A stretch of 64,000 bases of DNA from Octopus bimaculoides (lineage: Eukaryota). Shown here piece by piece: positions 11,905 through 25,325 of the stretch; the stretch's first letter is position 1; every line of letters starts with the position of its first letter. The notes beneath the pieces were generated by a model. That model had not been told where the DNA came from. It saw only the letters and a list, made by a program, of their open reading frames with translations, and did not search any database. The translations under genes were made by a program, and so were the position numbers. Location: positions 44,088,260 through 44,152,259 of the forward strand of contig NC_068988.1 in assembly GCF_001194135.2 (NCBI RefSeq). Reading direction: 5' to 3'.

Positions 11905-14219
11905 TTGGGATTTCAGGATATGAAGGATGTGGTATGTTGCTTTGTGAGGAATTGGAGGAAACAAGGAAATTTGATCTAATTAAATGTCTATGAAAGAGAG
12001 AGGGATGGAGGGAATGAAAGGCCTGAATTAGAAGGAAATACATGAGTTTCATACAGAGGTAAGAAATTTCTATATGAAGAATGTGGTTCAGTTAAGGTTT
12101 TATATCAAAATGGAATAACTACAGGAAAAGACAAACGAAAATTGGTTTTGTTTGCAAAAGAGGAAAATTTTAAATACTTCTAAATGTATATCAAATGCCC
12201 AAATTTTGATGTGAAAATAATGACAAGATTTTATATGATTTTTTTTTAGATGTAGAGCATAGTTGAGTCAACTCCAGAATATAACTAGTATTTAAAGGTC
12301 ATAAGTGAATTAATGCAGAATCAGTTCCCGATATGATTTAAAATCAGAATGCAAGTTAACAAAATTAGCTGTCATGCATCTAGTTTGGTGCTCTGCTTCA
12401 TTAGTCTTTATCGTTTATATTGGACATATAAATATATTGTAAAAACTCAAACTAACCAATTAATTTGAAATACTTTTTTAGATAAAGTATTTAATACAAA
12501 TACCTTTATTAACTTACAGGTTTCAGTCACTGAAATGTGATCATACCTTCAAATAGTTAGGTTGACCTCAATACATATTTCAGTCAGGTAATTATTTTTA
12601 TCAATATCTGTTTATTGAAGGCTAAGCTATTTATTTTAACATAAAAGAATCCAACTCAACACACCAACAAACATAAATACATACATACATAGATCTTATT
12701 CCCACACTAATTTTGTACTATTGAGTGTACACACTAGTGTATTTGAAGTAAGATAATGTTAAACTGTCATCTGTCATACATCAGAAAGGAGACTTAAAGG
12801 AAATTCTAAATGAAAAGTTTGAGCATGTTTCAGCAAGTGAAAATTAGCCAAACATTTCTATCTAGAAATTGGGATAGGACAGTGGATAATGTAAAGCATC
12901 ACTGAAAGGCAGAGTTTGCTTTCGATCCACTTTTAAATGTCTGTGCCTTATCAATATCAAACACTGCACATGGAATATAAGTGGCCTCTTCTTTATCTTT
13001 GATTTCTAAATTTCTTTTGAAAGTTTATATGGTACAGCCCACCATACAACAAATACGTAGGAAAAAAAAAACAAAAAAAAAACAGCAATTCAAAAACAAA
13101 TCCATTGTTATTTTAATGATCATCTTTACTTATTCTATGGATGAAATGGCTTTTGAAATTTCAAGTATTAGTATGTTGTTAGATCAAGCATGTTACAGCA
13201 CAATGTCTTTAATGCTAACAACTTAACCATAGAATGGGAGTGCAATCTGTTGTCAGTAATCAAAATGATGTACCCTTTCCAGGAACTCAACACATTTGCT
13301 GAAGTAATACTAAGATGTGAAATTATAACTGCATTAATTATTATAATTTTATTATCTTAACTTCTACTTTACATCAACTTTATTGTTTGGGATAGTTTCC
13401 ATTCCAAAATGTTTGTATATTTGTGTTGTTAATATTTTCATAAATATTATGTATTTTGTGGGAATTAGGATGGGGGAATAGTATAGAGAAAATAGCCATT
13501 AAAAAATTTTATCAATTAACTAATTTATATCAGTATCATTAAGAGAATGTGATATTACTGACAATAACAATATCCCGGAAAAATATTAGATTTTGCTAAA
13601 AGATTTCTTAGATATTTAAGATATTTAGATTTTAAAAAATGTCTTTGAATAATGCATTCCAGTGTTGCAAAGGTAAAAAAAAACAAAAATAAATTAAAAA
13701 AACAACTATAACTTTTACGTAAATGATGATAAACTGAAGCAGACAATGTAGGACTAAATGATTTTACATAAAAACATTAAACAAAGATAAGTTATTTGCA
13801 TAAACGTAATGGAGAGAGAAATTATTTGCATAACCAAATGACCACATTAAATTTTTTTTAAAACAAAAGAACAAAATTAAAACAATACTACATACATAAA
13901 TAATTAAGTTACACTTAAACACAAAATAAACAAAATGAATATTTTTAGATTCTGAACAAAATTATACAAGATTATCATTGTTTTTAAAATTTAATATTTT
14001 TTTAAGTATAACAATTAAATATTTTAAGATTAATATAAAAAAAAAACATAAACTAAAATTATAACAATAAAAAAAATAAAGCATTAAATAAATTATAACT
14101 ATGTAATATTTTTAAAAATACAATTAAAAACTCAATGCACCTATATATTTTAACAAAAATAGTGATTAAAATTCGAAAAATTTGTAATTTTTAGTAGGTA
14201 AGAAAAATGTAGACATAAC

Positions 14220-14252
<33 letters not shown>

Positions 14253-16225
14253 TGTATTACACACACTTCTTACATTGGAGGTTTCCAGTTACCAGTGATT
14301 AATTTAATATTCTAATTTTGGTATGAGGCCAGCAATTTTTCAGGGTGGGGAAGCATATTAGTTACTTCGACCTCAATACTTGACTGGTATTCTAATTCAT
14401 CAACCGGAAAAGGATGAAAGGCAAAGCTGACTTTGGTGAGAGCTGAACATAAAGAACTGGAAGAAATGCCGCAAAGCATTCCGACTGATACACTGACAAT
14501 TCTGCCAGTCCGCCAATTTAATATTAATAAACAGGTTGGTCAATTTCAATATTTCCATACTGGAGGAGCAGAGGATTTTTTTTTTATATTTGATATGCTA
14601 ACAATTTAACTGAGAGGTAGAGACTATTCTCCAATCTATTCTCCTTTACTTTTGTCTGATACCAAGATTTGATATTGACTTGATGGGTCTCCAACTGATA
14701 CTAGACATGTCTAGTACCAGATGGCTTGGTACTTTATGAGTTAGTATTTCAGTTATTAGTTTACTCTACAAGCAAATAAATGAGTTGCAATATTTTTTTT
14801 TACATTGAGCTTCAGGCCTAAACTTAGATATGGACACCCAACTTTTTTACTAGGAATGGTGACATGTAGCCACTGGACTACTATTTACTTTGCTCTAGTA
14901 CCTAGTATCAGCTATGGTATGTAAGTCAAGTAATGAGCTGGTTCTCTGCAAAATGCACACTGGCCAGAGCAGACAGCAGATTAATTTCAAATGCAGTTTA
15001 CCTCATTAATCAATATATTCAATAAACCACAAAAGACCTTTGGTAAATAGAAACCTCCAAAGCAAACATTTATAACAGGATATTTTTCTTTGGTTTTTAA
15101 TCCATAAATATACATCTTTTTTTTTGTATTTTTTTAAAAGATATTAACAAATGAATAAAGAGGAAACAGAATAGCACATCAAATAAGATTAGTTGAAACC
15201 ACTAATATAGGTTAGAATAAACCACTAATATGGTAAGCAAATGACAGCAGGAAAGGAAAATTAAGGAAGATGGTATGTAGTCAAGGACGAAGAATTAGTA
15301 CATCTGTAAATTATTTTAAAAATTCATTATAATTGATAGAAGTTTCCCTTAAACTGTCAGTGCCATTGAGAGCATTAGAACTCTTGATCCCAAATCGCAA
15401 AAACTAATCAAGTGAATTTCAGTTTTTGAGTTGTTTGGATCTCAAAAACTAAAGAAATTCAAATCAGAAGAAATTAAAGAAATTCAGATCTTAAGAAGTG
15501 AAGATAAAAATTCAAAGCATAATTTGAAGATTACAAAGAAAAAAGTTTTTAAAAAAAAATAAATAAAAGCTCAGAATTAGAGCTACATTAGAATACAGTT
15601 GTTGATATTGTTGTTAGTCAGCAACTTAACTTCAATTCCCTTGTAAGATTATCGGACTTCACTGAAAATGTCATGACATTTATGCCAATCCTTAGTGACC
15701 AAGCAATTTTTCATTGACCAATATAATTTTGTTACTAATTAGTCAAATTACAATCCCATAAAAAAAAAGAAATAATGAGCTTAGAATAATAATTACAACA
15801 CATCAATTTGTAAAATAAACATAAATTATCAGTGCTGTAATAAATTAATTCTTAAAGTTAATAAAATATAAAACAAATACACATATATTAATATAATATA
15901 TATTTGCAATAAGTTATAGTTTGGTTTTCTTCTTTAAATATTCATATTTATAAGTAAAGAAAATCCTGTAATGAGAATTTATAACAAAATATCCATTCAT
16001 ATGCAATCCATGTAAATAGATATTCTTTTTAATGCTTGAGTAGATTTTTAAACTTTATAAATAACCCTTTTATTTGAAATCTTAGAACTAATATTTTGCT
16101 ACATAATAAATGCATGCACAACTTAAATGTGAACAAAAGGCATTATTTGAGTAAAAATACTAGTAGTAAGAGACATCTGTTCCAAGACAAAATATCCCAA
16201 ATTGATATCTCAAATCTACTTTATA

Positions 16226-16273
<48 letters not shown>

Positions 16274-17302
16274 TGTATAAATATATATGTTATGTGTAGT
16301 TGTGTCACTTAGTTTAAAGTCATGAGTATACTGATCAAACTGATAATCATCTGTTTATTAATTTCATTTATGGCTCAAAATATATAATAAACATATTTTT
16401 TTAAAATTCTTTTAGACAATGTATGTTTAAATACAAATGTCTAATTAGCATAATGCAATTATTGACAGTGTTATTAAGCCACAAAGATAAACATCAATAA
16501 TTTAGAGAACCGGAACCTATTAGAAAGAAATCACTTGAATTCTAGTATATTATATTATAATCTAAATAAATCAAATAATTAATAATAACTATTTCTGTTT
16601 TCATAAGACCCCTTGTGATAGACAAATGAAAAAGCTGATCATCAGAGACACGATCAACAATTGTTTATCTGTATAAGCTGAAATGTACTTTTTGAGCCAT
16701 TGCTACTCATATATACTTGACATCAGGGCAACAGTAATAGGATACTGAATGAATGCACTAATGCATTTACTGATTGTTGATGATGGACAGGAAAAATGAC
16801 TGTCATCATTTTGAACAATGTTCAGATATCAAGTACAAAAAAAAAACAATTAAAGCAGTTTAGGCTTGTGAATGTGTTGTCTATGAAACAATATCTATTT
16901 TTCTTGAAAAACCACTGTATGTAAATTGAACTAACTCAGAAGTATTAGAAATGGTTCCTGACAGACTTGTAAAATATTTTGTGTTGAAGTTTAATTTGTT
17001 TGGGTTGGATAGCTATTCAGCATCATACAAGAGAAGAAATTCATCCCAAGTACATGAATTTGAAAACTAAACATTGTGGTAGCAATGTCAGGTGATACGA
17101 TTCATGAGACCAACAGCATCAATAAAAGTATAGCCAATCTGGAAATCTGGGTGAGGACAACACTTCAACATATCAAAAGTCATTTGGATCAGTCATTGAT
17201 TTTCATGACAATGAGTTGATGTATATACTACTAGAATAATCAAAGAGTTTTTCAAAAGTAAGAAAATCCAAGAGCAGCAGTTGGCTACACAAGTCTTACA
17301 TT

Positions 17303-17548
17303 TTAACCCTTTAACATTAAACCAACCATATCTGGTCCCAAAATTCTACCTTTTTGATGTCCAAACCAAGCAGATCTGGTTTTCCGCATCTACCCTACAA
17401 TATCCTTCTAAAAATAAACAACCACATCACTGAAATCTTGAGTTATGCATGATTAATTCAAAACAAGGTGAATAAATAAGCATTGCACTTGATTTGACAG
17501 AGTAATCTGGTATTCCATAATTTGGTAAGCTGAATGCTAAAAGGTGAA
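17303..17548 (-). mobile_element. piggyBac-type MITE, family A, opposite orientation
   Basis: Internal sequence is the reverse complement of 52075-52304. Confidence 0.65.
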
Positions 17549-17957
17549 ATCTGATAGAAAAATTATGGTAATTAATTGGCATGCACACTGACATGAATGA
17601 ATTGTATGATTATATCATGAAAAAAAAAGAAACAAGAAATTTCAGGTATAATGTGAACATCAAACCTGTAGATTCAATGTCTCATAAATATGATTCTGCC
17701 ACAAGATTTTATACGACTTGATTTTCAATTCACACACCCTGTTTTGATGAAAAAAAATCATCTACTTTAAATGTTTTTAAATTGAGTGACATTCATTTTT
17801 GTGGCATTATTAATACTGTCAATAATTGCATTAGGCAAATTTTAAAATGGTTGAGATTAAAATATCATTTAAATGAATAAAAACAAAACTAATTAAATTT
17901 AATCATTTGAATACTCAGCTTTATATTAAGTAATCACACATGTGTGTATGTGTGTGA

Positions 17958-17999
<42 letters not shown>

Positions 18000-18221
18000 N
18001 NNNNNNNNNNNNNNNNNNNNNNNNNNNNNNNNNNNNNNNNNNNNNNNNNNNNNNNNNNNNNNNNNNNNNNNNNNNNNNNNNNNNNNNNNNNNNNNNNNNN
18101 NNNNNNNNNNNNNNNNNNNNNNNNNNNNNNNNNNNNNNNNNNNNNNNNNNNNNNNNNNNNNNNNNNNNNNNNNNNNNNNNNNNNNNNNNNNNNNNNNNNN
18201 NNNNNNNNNNNNNNNNNNNNN
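18000..18221. other. Assembly gap (222 N); further gaps at 18464-18488 and 22908-22964
   Basis: N runs adjacent to (TA)n/(GA)n microsatellites. Confidence 0.99.
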
Positions 18222-18419
18222 AATAGATTTCAAAATTCTGAGGATTTTATGGAACAAAGTATGTTAACTGAAATGGACAGACATTTTCTTTTTCTCTTGC
18301 CATTTTAAATATATATAAACAAGTTGTTATACTTAAAATATCAAGGCCACTGAATATTCTTAAGCAGTCCAGTACCCTTGTTCTTATTAACATCATTAAT
18401 ATTTAACCTTCTAATTGCA

Positions 18420-18463
<44 letters not shown>

Positions 18464-20320
18464 NNNNNNNNNNNNNNNNNNNNNNNNNAGTTGTATTAGC
18501 ATTGTAGTGAGGTGGAATTGATTAGAATTATAGAATGGGTTGGAAAGAAATTTATTGGGTGTTGTGCTAGCGTTTTAGAGAAGTGGAAAACTTCTGGTAA
18601 GCTGAGGCCCAGGTTTGGGTTCAGATTCCCATCACCAGATATCATTGAAATACATGTGATGTTAACCAGGCAAGAGTCTTGATCCTCATGTAACAAAGCT
18701 GTCTCATTTTGCTTCCTCAGAATATCTTTTCAACATTATTTCTTCAATAAACAACAAGATGATTGTGACAAAGCAATTGAAGAATTTAGCAGTCTGAAAG
18801 AGCTAAACATCCATCACAAGTAACCAATGAAAGTAGAAGCCGGAGAAGCGATTTGATTGTTAACATTAACACTGTTGCATCACTGAGCACTAGGTTTCAC
18901 AGATTTTTCTACAACACATTTCTGACAATAATATCTGTTAATTACCCTGCCATATTTCTTTTGGCTGTAGCTAGGCCTCTCTACAGAGTAAAAACAGAGG
19001 TTATTTTTAATGCTAGAATAAAATATAAATATAACACAATGTTACTGCAAAGTGCCAAGTGTCTCAAATGACCAGAGAACAACTGATCAAGAAATACTAT
19101 AACAGAACTAAATGGCAAGCCCTGTACAATTGTACAATTCTGCTGGTATTATTCAACTTTTGGAATTAAAGCAGAAATCCTCAGTTTCATCACCCAGCCT
19201 GCAGGCAATTATAGCCAACCCCACCACAAATAACATGCTAAAGTCATAAAAAATGGAAGGTCACATTGAATAATACAGTTTTAGGTTTACAAAAACGTTA
19301 GCATGGTTGTGGATAGAAATCTTGATCAGGTCTGCTTGATCAGGGTTGATTTTTGGACTAAATGATAACAATAAAAGATGGAACATTCTCATTGAATTGT
19401 CCCATAAGTATGACTAACATAGATATGTATATGGAAAACATAGAGCTGATGTTGTTGTTAAGCCACAGGTAAATTTTAAAGCAGCAGATGTGTGATCAAA
19501 AGCATCCAAGCCAAAACTGCTGAATGTGTCCTTTCTTTTGTAAGACAACAGGGTGTAACTTGAGATAAAGAAAACAAGTTGAGGGACCATGGGATCACGA
19601 AATGATGGCTAACAGGTAATGCAATTCAATAACGTTTAGTGGGATCTGAAGCTCCAAAACTGACTATTCCAGGCGCTTCCTACTTCTCCAATACATCATT
19701 TGTACAATAATGGATGCTATAGAGTAGTGTTACAATTTGTCCCTAATCGTTGTAGGGTGGTAAGGAAAAAGGAGGAAGAGGAAGAAGCAGAAATCACATG
19801 ATTAATAAGCAGCAGTACTAATAAGATAGATGTCTGTAAAGAAAACAATATAATAATTTTTAACTTAGGCCCAAAGCCATAACTTTGGTGGAATGAAGGG
19901 TATAATCAATAATGTTAACCCCAGTACTAGACTGGTACTTATTTTATCAACCCCAGAAGGATGAAAGGCTAAGTTGACCTTGGCAAGAATAAACTCAAAA
20001 TGTAAAGGGTTGCAACTAAATACTACAATGCATTTTGTTCAACACTCTACTAATTTTGCTAATCCTTCATAATGATAAAAATAATAATTTAGCAAAGTTA
20101 GAATATAAATCAGACAACCATCCAACCAACCAGCAAAATATTAAAAAAAAAAATAGTAAAACAATGTACACCAGCAGGGAACTACCATTTTAGAGGTTAC
20201 TTAGGTTACGGCTGTAGTGGTGGTAGTGGTGGTGGTGGTGGCTGATACTAAAGGTGGTCAGTACATCATAAGACACAAGTTTGGAACAAATACAAATACA
20301 CACAAAGCAGTTCATAGTAC

Positions 20321-20563
20321 CTGCCCATATGACTCTTCTTTGCCGACACCACGCCCCAGGAATGTCCCCGTACCCCGAAACAGATCTTGAGACTTTCTCT
20401 GAATGCCTTCCCAGATTTGCTCATGAAATGATTGGGATTTGATCATGCCATTGCCTTTGTAAGTGGAGCCCCGTGGTGTTGGGCTATCCTGCCAGTCTTC
20501 CAGGGTTTCCTCGGAACCGGAAAACTGAGACAACATATCACAGTTCATCAGAACCCATTTTGC
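20321..20563 (-). CDS. DOCK7: Probable additional 243-nt exon: AKWVLMNCDMLSQFSGSEETLEDWQDSPTPRGSTYKGNGMIKSQSFHEQIWEGIQRKSQDLFRGTGTFLGRGVGKEESYGQ
   Basis: Very strong acceptor (ttttttcttcttcatctcctccctgttgtattctag), donor CAG|gtacta; phase 0->0 is the only frame open across it; markedly GC-richer than the surrounding intron. Confidence 0.72.
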
Positions 20564-20966
20564 CTAGAATACAACAGGGAGGAGATGAAGAAGAAAAAAA
20601 AAATAGAAGAGAGACTGGGGTAACGATAAGAGCTGCATCTACCTGGCTGCAGCCACTGACTCAGTTGTCTTGTTTTACAGCAGAAAACAGACAGCCATGT
20701 GAACACTAGCAACATTGCAGTGCATCAACTGCAAGATTTTGGAAGCAACAACACTTTACACATCATATATATTACATAAAGTTGAATGATCACACATTTC
20801 AATGAAAGAACAAACCCATGACAACAGAGAGAAAACAGACCCCCTCCCCGCAAAAAAAAAAATACAAAGCAAAAAATCTGGTGAAAATGTCAAGTTGGAA
20901 TTGACCATAAAGTCAATTTTAACTTGACTCTTTCAACAAGATAATTTTCAGATTAATTTCTAATCC

Positions 20967-21169
20967 TTAAACCCTCAAGCATTTAAACAGGCTGTATCCG
21001 ACCCAAATATTCTACCTGTTTTATGGTCAAACCAGCTAGATCATTCTAAAAATAAAACAGCCACATCATCAAAATCTTGAAGCTACAAGATAACACATGA
21101 TGAATTCAAATCAATGGAAATAAATATGCATCACATTTGACATACTAAATCAAAATGCTGAAGAGTTAA
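20967..21169 (-). mobile_element. piggyBac-type MITE, family A, opposite orientation
   Basis: Internal similarity and TTAA ends. Confidence 0.65.
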
Positions 21170-21477
21170 ACTAGGGGTCCACAACTACCAGACCAAGGAT
21201 CATTTGATACCAGGCCAGACAGAAGGAATATATATTCTAAAATATTATTTCCTTTTTATTGATTACTACAGTCTGCAGGGTGTTTTTATTTTTGTTTTTC
21301 ACATTATATATGTATTGCAAACGTAATATAAGTTGCTATATTTCATTCCATAATGGCTATCTCTGAAGAGTGCAGGGTTGCATAATCAGAATGCTACCTA
21401 ACACTCTGCTGAACCCCTAGTACAAAAATGATTGGTAACATCAGCTGTAATGGATATATCATACAGTACACTGCAAG

Positions 21478-21645
21478 GTGGTTGGTTTAGGAGGGGCATC
21501 TAGCCATAAAAACCATACCAAAGCAGTCAAAGAAGGGCATCCAGCCATAAAAACCATACCAAAGCAGTTCTGCCTGAACAGCTCTTGTCAAACTATCCAA
21601 CCCATGCCAGCATGGAAGGCAGACATTAAACAATGATGATGATGG
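21478..21645 (+). mobile_element. Older RTE 3' tail copy with an internal ~40-bp tandem duplication
   Basis: gggcatc.agccataaaaaccataccaaagcag occurs twice, then tccaacccatgccagcatggaa...(gat)n. Confidence 0.6.
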
Positions 21646-22791
21646 TGATTATATATATATGTAGTAATTATGCACATGATCCCCTGATCTGTGAAAAACT
21701 TTCTTGCATGAAACCAGTCCATTGGGCAAAAAAAAAAAAAAAGGTTAGGGACTGCTGCTTTAAATCTAATTAAAAATTGTCTAAAAATCTTTTTATGTGG
21801 ACATGTTTGTTATATAAACAAACTTAATTGTATTTTGTTTCATTTTCATTGATGATTTCCAGATACATGATCAACAGTTTTGAGAGAGAATATAAGAGCA
21901 TAATAAATTATGTATACCTTAGTTTTGGTTAGTATATAAAAGAATATAGTTAAATTCTCTAAGGCACTTGTGATTCTGCTACTCCTCTATTCTTAATAAT
22001 AATGACGATGGTAATTCATGGTAACGAGGTCGACAATTATAGAAATAGTAAAATAAATAAATTCATAAACAGGCACGAGATCAGAAAGTTGGAGCTGATT
22101 GAATCAACTCCATTTCCTGATTGGAAGGATGAAAGTGAAGTAAATTTTGGCGCGGTTTGAACTCAGAACATAAAGAACCAGAACAAATACTGCAACACAT
22201 TTTGTCCAACACTCTTATGATTCTGCCAACCCACTGCTCATAATAATAATAATGATGATGATGATGATGATGATTATAATCCTTTCTACCATAGATAATA
22301 TTAATTCTTTCTATTATTATTATTATGATGATGATGATGATGATGACTTCTTGGTGTTATTGCTTCAGGAAACAGCTTGCAGGAAGATGCAGAGCAAATG
22401 TCAGCTTGTTTAGACTGAGTCAGTTTTGTGTGTCTGTGTGTGTATGTACATATAAATATAAAAGAAATATGCATATTTATGTCTTAAAAAGAAATGTGGC
22501 TTCATTTTGTTACATGTTACAGCATGCCATAGACATTTAGCGAAAAGTAGGACAAAAGATGTTTTGGAATATGTTATTGTTTTTTTTTGTTTTTGTTTTT
22601 GAAGTCCAGTAGCCACACTCTTATATTACCAGGTTCCACAGCGAGGCAGCAACACTGGGTGAGAGGTGAAAGAAAGAAATTGGACTGCAGCATTAATGTA
22701 CTAAGCAGAAAATAAAAAAAGAATAATAATAAAAGAAACTCAAGATCATGCAAAGGCAAGAAGTTACACACATACACATCAATTATATATA

Positions 22792-22835
<44 letters not shown>

Positions 22836-23624
22836 AATATATATTTTATATATAAATATGTTATATATATATATACATATGTATGTATATGTACATATAT
22901 GCATATANNNNNNNNNNNNNNNNNNNNNNNNNNNNNNNNNNNNNNNNNNNNNNNNNNNNNNNNNATATATATGTATGTATGTAAAGAAAGTAAGGAGTAC
23001 AGGGAAAGACACAAATGAAAGGAGACAATCAGGAGAAAATATTCCGTTCAGTCAACCTGCAACACATACACATGTATGCATATATAAATGAATAAACATT
23101 TAAAATGCTTCAACCAAATCATTTGACCACAAGTGCAGCAAAAAAAAACAAAAAAACCCAAAAAGACACAGAGGATGGATGGGTTGAAGATAGACAAAGG
23201 ACATGTTGAAATCATGCCAGTATGGGGAAAAAGTGGATGTAAAACTATACTGTTTTATAGTGCAGGAAAACATGAAATAGTCAGAAGACAACACAACCTG
23301 ATGCCCCTCACTAAAATATAACCAACAAATAGAGTAAAAAAAAAGGGGAAAAATAAATCCCTATAGAATTATTTGATGTACTCTATTGAGCACTATGAAA
23401 TAAAAAGGATGTAGCTTTAAAAGGAAACAGAAACCTTCTAAAAAATAATTTTGTTGGTGAGTGGGAGTTACTGGGACCTTACACTGGCATGGAGCTCAAC
23501 AGAGAGGCATAATTAAATTAACCTCAGTATATGACTGGTATTTAATTCCTCAACTCCGGGATTGGAAGGTAGAGTTCTATTCTGGGGGAGATGAAGGAAC
23601 AAAATTAAATACTGGTTTCAAATT

Positions 23625-23931
23625 CTGGCACAAGGCCAGCAATTTTGGGGGCAGGGATAAGTTGATTACATCAACCCTAGTGCTCAAGTGATTTCTTATT
23701 TTATTGACCCCAAAAGGATGAAAGGCAAAGTTGACCTTGATGCAATATGAACTCAGAATGAACATATATGGATGAAATGCTACCAAACATTTTGCCTGGT
23801 ATGGTAAAGATTCTTATTTCTTTATTGCTCACAAGGGGTTAAACATAGAGGGAACAAACAAGGACAGACAAAGGGATTAAGTCGATTACATCAACCCCAG
23901 TGCGTGGTAAAGATTCTGCCAGTTCACTGCT
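23625..23931 (-). mobile_element. Family-1 SINE interrupted by a 90-bp truncated SINE tail (23815-23904) with a 13-bp TSD
   Basis: TGGTAAAGATTCT repeated at 23802-23814 and 23905-23917. Confidence 0.75.
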
Positions 23932-25016
23932 CTGAACAAAACTAAATATTGCAAAACATTTTTTTTGTGACCCTTCAAATTTTTGCTGGTCTATTTTATT
24001 GGGGACAGTGATAAATTCACGTGCATGTAAATGAGCAAGTGGTCAGATAACACTGTAGTGGACCAACATGTTGACAGTGTTGAAATATCCACTGTTATTT
24101 TAGCCTTTTGGTTAGATTCAATTGAGCAGACCTATGGTAAATGGCATTTCAGCTGTGAACATTTAGTTTTTTTTTCCCCCCAACTAAAATGTGTCTAAGG
24201 CTACATGATCCAATGTCTTCATTAAGACTATAGAATTATGATTTCATGGAAATTTGGTGCCATGTCTAACAGGTTAAACAACTCATAAAGATTCTTGACA
24301 GTGACACAAAACCTTAAAAAGGTAGGGGCGAAGTCAATTGAATCAAGCCCAGTACATAACTGGTGCTTGTATCATAGACAATGTCAAGACCATTACAAAT
24401 ATCAGCAAGATCTGAATTAGGGGGAAAAAAGAAAAATAGAGGGACAAAAAATTTAGAGCTGCATTTTCTTGGTTTGTTTTCCCCCTGGATTTAACACTAA
24501 ATATACATATCCAATGCCCAACTGATATACAGCAGGGATGTATATGACTCCGATATATTACAAATGAAAAACAAATAGCTATATTACTGAATAAATATGA
24601 TATAGGATTTTTAACTGGATATATAAATGTAACATTGTACTTTATGACATTTTAGCAGTGAACAAAATATAAAGTTTGTCTACTGATGTTTTTCATTTCC
24701 AACTAAAAAAAAGTATTATTATAGAATACTAATTGTATATCAAGTAGCATCTGGAGACATACATACCTGACCAGACACCATCAAATAAGTATGTGATAGT
24801 CTGTCTGCCCTTTTGCACACTAGAGGACACACACATGACACTGCCAGAAACAATACTCCACAAACAGGTAAGAAAAATTATACATACATACATAATTGAA
24901 AACATGATTTTATTTTATCAAATACTGATATGTTATAAATTAATTTATCATTATTACTCCATAAGGTATTGAATATTTTTTTGTGGATTTGTTGGAAGTG
25001 AGTGGGTCAAATGATG

Positions 25017-25060
<44 letters not shown>

Positions 25061-25063
<3 letters not shown>

Positions 25064-25262
25064 CCTTTCTACTACATGCATAAGGCCTGAATTTTTGCAG
25101 GGAGGGGGCCAGTCAATTAGATTGATCCAGTATGCAACTAATACTTAATTTATCAACCCCGAAAGGACGAAAAGCGAGGTTGACTTTGGCAGAATTTGAA
25201 CTCAGAACATAAAGACAGACGAAATGCCACTAAGCATTTTGCCCAGCGTGCTAACTGCCTTA
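25061..25262 (-). mobile_element. tRNA-derived SINE, family 1, flanked by (AAT)n tracts
   Basis: Same core; head partly deleted. Confidence 0.75.
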
Positions 25263-25279
25263 ATAATAATAATAATAAT

Positions 25280-25325
<46 letters not shown>

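Noticed and set aside
12518-12529. 12-nt island with strong splice sites starting with TGA (possible poison microexon)
   Set aside because: Lies in what looks like a SINE-tail remnant (gtttcagtca); no other support.
13300-14200. Extremely AT-rich block, possible NUMT
   Set aside because: No mitochondrial gene or rRNA motif recognised.
20657-22420. AP-1-like TGA(C/G)TCA motifs near the putative internal promoter
   Set aside because: A 7-mer is expected several times by chance in 64 kb.
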